A stretch of DNA of 61,606 nucleotides, counting the filler, from Globobulimina sp. (Eukaryota), in NCBI GenBank assembly GCA_003354225.1. It is 16 parts of 16 records of this genome, joined end to end, with 100 filler letters (N's around TTAATTAATTAA, not from the genome) between each part and the next. Parts side by side here need not be neighbours in the genome. Positions count along the whole stretch, not along the records: positions 54,003 to 57,754 come from PIVH01002157.1; positions 57,855 to 61,606 come from PIVH01002158.1; 14 more parts are not named here. The stretch is one strand, 5' to 3'. This document shows, one piece after another, positions 55,903-61,606 of this stretch. Within the stretch, counting starts at the first letter, position 1; every line of letters begins with the position of its first letter. The position numbers were made by a program, and so were the translations under genes. The notes beneath the pieces were generated by a model, which saw nothing but the letters and a program-made list of their open reading frames with translations, did not search any database and was not told the DNA's origin.

Positions 55903-57236
55903 ATGATGACAGCAGCACTTCACACTTTACTGCATTATTGGCTAACAGCCAGGGTTTGCTCTTTATGGAAGGAAAGTGGACAATGGTTGCCCAGGTCAGA
56001 TCGCAATATGGCAATTGCACAATGGAACGACACCATTTATTTGCTTGGGGGACAAGTCTATCCCAATCAATTGGTGACCTATCACTATGTCACTGACTCC
56101 ATTGGTAATCCTTTTGTTGATCTTGGAAAAACTAAATTATATTATGATGTTTATGGCGATGGAGGACAATATTACTCCCAAATTGACAATATATTGTATA
56201 TGATTCGTGCGGATGGCGATGGATTGTCCATATTCAATATGAAAACTGATATGTTGACCAATGACTGGAAGAGTCAAGAGATGCCTACCAATGTGGATTC
56301 ATATTCTTGTTTAGCCGCAAGTGCAGAATATCTGTTCATTGTTGGCGGCTCGTATGTTAACGTCGGCGGATGCGGCATGTTTTGCTCTTTGAATACAGTG
56401 CAGAGATTAGGTTTGGTTTCATTGCTATGGGAAAACTCGTATATGCAAGAAGCCAGACGCAGTCATTCATGCATTATCGATGCAGAAACAAATTCTTTGT
56501 ATGCGATTGGTGGATATGATGGTTCAAAGCTAATAGCAACCATAGAACTATACCGCATTGGAAATAACACACAATCATTGTGGCTCTACACCAATGGCAG
56601 TTTAATTATGCCTGCATCAGGGACACGGTGTGCAATTTACAAACAGCAAATCTATATTGTCGGTGGCTATATCGGTGATAATAAATATCTCGATACAGTG
56701 CATATAATCGATACTAAAACCAACATTGTGTCGTTAATGTTGGGTGTGTTGCCATATAAGGTGCAGCAAGCTGCGATTATTATATTTGACGATATGCTCT
56801 ATGTAATGGGAGGGAATAATGAAACTTCTGGCGGTTCTGATGGGTTTATTTTAAATACATTTATGTAGCAGCCTACCTCTACACAGACTGAGCAACCAGC
56901 TTCTACACCGACTGAGCAGTCATTCTCAACAACAAAAAAAGCATTATCAACCACAAAAAATCCATTCTCATCAATATTAATTGTTATTATTGTTGTTGTA
57001 TTTATAATTTGTTGTCTGTGGAAACGGCATCGTTTCAATAAATACAATAAAGTTTGGAAGAAATCAGTTTGGATATTCCAGTTTGTAGAGATGAAGCTGA
57101 CAATTTACAAATTGGTCGACATTCAATAAGTTTAGAGGTTAAGTTCTCTGCTGCAGCTATTGTAAATATTATGTATCACTATTTCCGTACGTTCAGAGTA
57201 TGGAAGAAAGTAAAAATAGACTGGTGTCGGTATTGA
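55903..57236 (+). pseudogene. Kelch-repeat type I membrane protein with in-frame TAG and probable later frameshift
   Basis: Kelch GG repeats; TAG 56866-56868 is followed in frame by a QPTSTQTEQP stalk and TM ILIVIIVVVFIICCLW; frameshift near 57053. Confidence 0.65.
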
Positions 57237-57511
57237 CTAAATGTTATCCGAGCAAAGCAATTGCAGAGTCTATTTGCAGTGTTGGATGTATGTTCTGTGT
57301 TGTGATTGCTTGATTAAAAAAGTATGGAATTTAAAATGTATATTTAAAACGCAAGTCTTATGTAAAATTTGAAACGTAGTTCTTCCTCGCAAAAGAAAAG
57401 TAGTTCTTTATTTAGGGTGCCAAATTGGCTCAAGATAAGGATTTCTCAAAACAGTAGACCATTTCTTGCCATTGCTCAGAATTGCTAGAAAGCCGATGTA
57501 TCAAGCAACTA

Positions 57512-57590
57512 TTTTCCGCTTAAAAAAACGACTTTCAGCCTTAAAAAAACGCTTTTCGGCTTAAAAACCGTTTTTCAGCGTCAAAAACGA
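57512..57590. repeat. Four approximately 20-bp degenerate tandem repeats (TTTTCxGCTTAAAAAAACG)
   Basis: Seen directly; alternating T- and A-tracts about 10 bp apart. Confidence 0.7.
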
Positions 57591-57856
57591 TCTCAGTATG
57601 CAAATAATTTACTAAAAAAATTATTGATGGCTGGTATTTGGTGGCATGTTTGCCGTTGACGTTATTACCGCAGCATTCCCAACAGGAACACAAGAAAGAG
57701 CGACACATTCGGAATAGCAATGTGTAGAAAGCGCATAATAGCAAGAAAGGGAAGNNNNNNNNNNNNNNNNNNNNNNNNNNNNNNNNNNNNNNNNNNNNTT
57801 AATTAATTAANNNNNNNNNNNNNNNNNNNNNNNNNNNNNNNNNNNNNNNNNNNNAC

Positions 57857-59902
57857 GAACTAATCATTATTAAGAATAATTTATTCAAATATCATTCCAT
57901 AATCCCATATTCCCAGAGATATCTATTTAATTTTCAATCATTTACAACTCCGAAATTTGCATTAAAATTAGCAAAATTTGGTAAAAATTGTGTTTTGGAT
58001 AATATTGACATTGATTTATATATTAAACAACTTAAAAATGCATCAAAATCAATAAAACGGCAAACAACAATCCATTGTAAGTCTTCATCATTAGATCCAA
58101 ACACAATTTCCTATGCATATAAAATTTATGACATTAAAATGAAAAATTATTACAAAAACATTAAAAATTATTATTGGAAACACAAAAATGCGATAAAGTC
58201 CGATATTAATTTCAGTCAAATCACTAAATATCAATTTGAACAATTTAAAGCAAACAATTTTGTGTTTGTAGAATTAGACAAAAATATGGGCCTTGAAATA
58301 ATGACAAAATCCCAATTATATGAGAGTTCATATAAATTATTAGACGGCGAGAATTTTATTACTATCTCCAACGAAGAATGGGAGGTTTCAAGGTGCCTTA
58401 TGCTAAATATTTATGAATTTCACTGGAAATTCAAGAAAAATTACAATGAAATCTGGCAATTACAAAAAGAAGCAGGTTATTGGTCGTTCGTTAATGGCTT
58501 ATTTGATATTATAAACAGCAAAATTTATCCAAAAATTGCTGTTATTGGCGCTCTCCACAAAATTCATAAAGGAAAACCATTTTCGTGGCGTCCAGTTTTA
58601 TGTCTTGGTAATCATCCAACTAATTTCTACCAAACTGTTTTAAACAAAAAGTTAAAAGGATATCTTGCAATTTTTCGATATAAAACAAACTATAAAATTA
58701 TTCTTGAAAATTCATTTCAACTCAAATATAATTTGGATCGCATTGAACAGAATTACAAATTTAAAAATCATGAAATTTTCCAAAGAGCGAGTGATGTGTC
58801 AAAAATGTATGAATCTCTGGGTTTATCTGATATTATTACTTCGCTTCGTTGGTTAATGGATTACATTGAAATAAATATTGTTTTTCAAAATGGTGTGATT
58901 GATATTACAAACGTTGTTTTCTTGAATACATTTATCCATTTTCATGGCAAAATAGTTAAATTAAAAAGTGTTTTTGCAACCGGATGGATTATTTCGCCAA
59001 ACATTGCAAATATTTGCCTATTATTTATTGAATTTAAGTCGAAATCAAATTGGATAAGAAACGTTTTTGAAAATAAATTAAGTTTATACAAAATAAATGA
59101 AATTAATATTTTGATTGAATTCCGATATATCGATGATTTATATGAAGTATTTGAATTAAATATGGATGTTTTAACAATCGATGATAAGAATTTAATTAAA
59201 TATATCTTGAAAAACGACGATGGAATGAGATATAATGTGAATTACATTGAATCAAACATAAAATTAAAATGCGAGATTAAATATAATGTGATTTATTTGG
59301 ATTTAATAATCAGTTTAAATGAAATCAATTATAAAATTACCACACAAATCCATTTCAAAAAAGGCAAATTAAATACTTTATTAGATAACAATTCGAATAA
59401 TTCTTCAGATCATTTTCACGGAGTCTACGCATCGGAGTCATTCCGATCAATTGTTTTGAATGATAATGAAGTGGATCATCGTATAGCTCATCATGACTTA
59501 TTGTGTAAATTAAGAGAAAGAGGCTGGCATTTTGCGAAGATTCGTATTATCAAAAACAAATTCAAATTAATTTATAAACACAGATTAAAATATTTAGAGA
59601 AAATCAATCAAAATTATCTGAATAAACAAGAAAAATTAATAATTAAATATTTACATAATTCTGATAATCCATTTAATTTGATTGATGAAAATGAATTATT
59701 ATTTATAACAAAAAAACATAAAATAGAGAAAGAATCAAAAATAATCTATTTTAAGAAAGTAACCAATCGATTTTTTGATGATGACCAATATATTCGGGAT
59801 AATCTACGTGAATTAGTTGAAAATTTAGGTTTGTTAGATTTGAAAATTACTGTTTGCAATAAAATAAATAGTAAATTATCCAAAATTATATTAACGAATT
59901 AA
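57857..59902 (+). mobile_element. Penelope-like reverse transcriptase without C-terminal endonuclease, 5'-truncated
   Basis: Frame open from the contig edge; LDKNMG, LHKIHK...WRPVL, SDVSKMYESL, FATGWIISPNIANI, RYIDD, YLDL, thumb HFKK...N.S...G...SE..R...LRERGW; stop directly after the thumb/linker. Confidence 0.82.
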
Positions 59903-60386
59903 TTTTTTAACTGTATTATGAATAAAATCATTGTCTCAATTTTATTATTTAATTTTTATATATTTTTGTGACTTTGTGATTGTTTGTGTTTTATTTCTTT
60001 TATTTGGTTGACATTTTGTTCAAACAAATAATAGCTAATAAGTATCTATCGGGTTATTTGTTTTTTTCTATATTTTGTTGAGTAGTATTATTGTTATTGT
60101 ACTTCTCTAACTTATTTAAGTGTTTTCTTTAATTCAAAAAACTATTTCCTTGTGCTTAGAGTCTCAATTCTATAGAGACGAGGTACCACATTAAATATAA
60201 TCAATTCATATTAGATTAATTGAATTGTGTATCAACGAGTCTCCTAAAATACTTTATTGTATTTTCCCTTTTATATTTAGATTAACCGACTCTGTCATTC
60301 TGACAACCGGTATTATCACAAACCGTTGTATTCAAACACAACATCAAAACTACGTCTATTTCTATAGCGTAACCCGTAAATATAAT

Positions 60387-61067
60387 ATGTCATATCGTGG
60401 GAAATCACCACGAAGATATCAGCGCCTCTCACAAAATCGTGACAATCATAATAATTCACGGAAGAGAAAATATAGCTCGCCGCCAATGAGACGGATCAAA
60501 TATAATTTGGACGAAAACGAGTTATTTGATGATAAGCAAATTAATGATATTCCATCAAATTTAGCTGAAATTAATGACATTTTAAATCAGTCATCACTCA
60601 AACTACACAGTCTATTCTTTACGTCATTGAATGTGATTAAAAAACTGAATGAAAAATTGATTAAAATCAGATTACAAAATAAAAAACGCGATTATGAGAT
60701 GCAATTATTGCAAAACATCGATAATTATGACAACTGTGCGGCAAACATTCATTGGTTCACGTCATCGATTGGAAAATTGCAATTACATCATCCCATCGCG
60801 CAAGAAACATTCGATGATAATCTACGTTTATTAGATATGGTAAACGCGCAAATTGTAATTAAAATATACAAAGATATACAAACTCAGACAACTGAATGTA
60901 TTCAATCCGATATTAAATCAATTATTGAAGTCACAATGAAAAATTATGACAGCTATTTAGTTGGCATTGCAAATGAATTTGAGAATGTCGATTGGTGTCC
61001 GGATAAAATGAAACCTGAATTAGCAAAATCAAAGAATGATTTAGATGAACATTGCAAATCATCGTAA
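60387..61067 (+). CDS. Basic N-terminus + coiled-coil protein (candidate retroelement ORF1)
   Basis: ATG 60387: MSYRGKSPRRYQR...RKRKYSSPP; heptads LNVIKKLNEKLIKIRLQ. Confidence 0.55.
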   Translation: MSYRGKSPRRYQRLSQNRDNHNNSRKRKYSSPPMRRIKYNLDENELFDDKQINDIPSNLAEINDILNQSSLKLHSLFFTSLNVIKKLNEKLIKIRLQNKKRDYEMQLLQNIDNYDNCAANIHWFTSSIGKLQLHHPIAQETFDDNLRLLDMVNAQIVIKIYKDIQTQTTECIQSDIKSIIEVTMKNYDSYLVGIANEFENVDWCPDKMKPELAKSKNDLDEHCKSS

Positions 61068-61606
61068 GTCATTAGAACATAGATTTTCGTCGCTCAAAAT
61101 TGAGGATTATATCTCGGTGGATTTATCACAGAGTTTTATCATTAAAAATAATAAAAATTCATTAAACAAACTCACAAAAAAACGTAATCAGAAAAAATTG
61201 TGGATCAAAAATATCGCGATTTCGAAATACAAAAATAAATTAAAATGCATTGAAGATCGATTATATCTAAAATTAAATGATAACATTATAAATATTTGTC
61301 CGTCATTTAAATTAATCAGAGCACGAAGAGAAGAAATCAAATCACGTATAAACGGTGAAAACGTGAATTTGAAGAAAATTCATATTAAGTTATTACGTGC
61401 GAAAATTAAGAAAGTTTTAGAATTTTCAAATCAAATCCAGTTAAATGATAGAAACGAAATTAAAAACAATGAAAACGATGACAAAATGGAAGAAGATGAT
61501 ATCGATAATGACCAAGCCATCGTAGTCAATAAAAATAAGATTAAAACAATATGGAAAGCGCATGATATTACGGACCATTTTGAGTTCGCAAGAATGAAAT
61601 TGTGAC
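61045..61606 (+). CDS. Lys-rich ORF overlapping the previous ORF, 3'-truncated
   Basis: 23-nt overlap in the +1 frame; composition resembles the RT ORF on the same contig. Confidence 0.5.

Noticed and set aside
3762-57854. Regularly spaced TTAATTAATTAA motif flanked by N runs, superficially array-like
   Set aside because: Artificial linker with stops in all frames; the regular spacing reflects size-sorted contigs.
57857-59902. RT as a bacterial retron/DRT or telomerase
   Set aside because: DK-G/N, K-I-H-K...RP and thumb motifs are Penelope-type; no TERT T motif or bacterial gene context recognised.
1-61606. CRISPR arrays, tRNA and rRNA genes
   Set aside because: None recognised by eye; tRNAscan-SE/Infernal would be needed to exclude divergent ones.

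Overview
This is not one continuous locus. It is 16 unrelated contigs of about 3.75 kb each, in decreasing size order, joined by artificial 100-nt linkers (44 N + TTAATTAATTAA + 44 N), so genes on different contigs are not neighbours. Most contigs are AT-rich eukaryotic DNA with short spliceosomal introns. Their gene content (transmembrane adenylate/guanylate cyclase, 7TM-RGS, myosin-TH1/SPRY, Kelch and C-type-lectin surface proteins, SMC5, PP2A-B56, a SUMO protease, a GH3 glycosidase) suggests a protist, possibly a foraminiferan/rhizarian (inference). Mobile elements are an APE-RT LINE (contig 4), a Maverick/Polinton fragment (contig 5), a GIY-YIG Penelope-like element (contig 7), an endonuclease-less Penelope-like RT (contig 16) and a MITE (contig 1). 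The best lead is the Polinton fragment. Read by hand, its packaging ATPase and a convergent 330-aa gene are split by six GT-AG introns of 46-55 nt that restore both frames exactly, and it carries a 57-aa lysine-rich ORF boxed by inverted repeats that the ORF track missed. Other leads are a lipid-anchored eukaryotic RelA/SpoT-like synthetase, a MYCBP2-like RING/RZ-finger hybrid E3, several genes broken by single lesions, and a eukaryote/bacterium chimera suggesting amplification artefacts. All family calls come from motif recognition by eye; no database searches were run.
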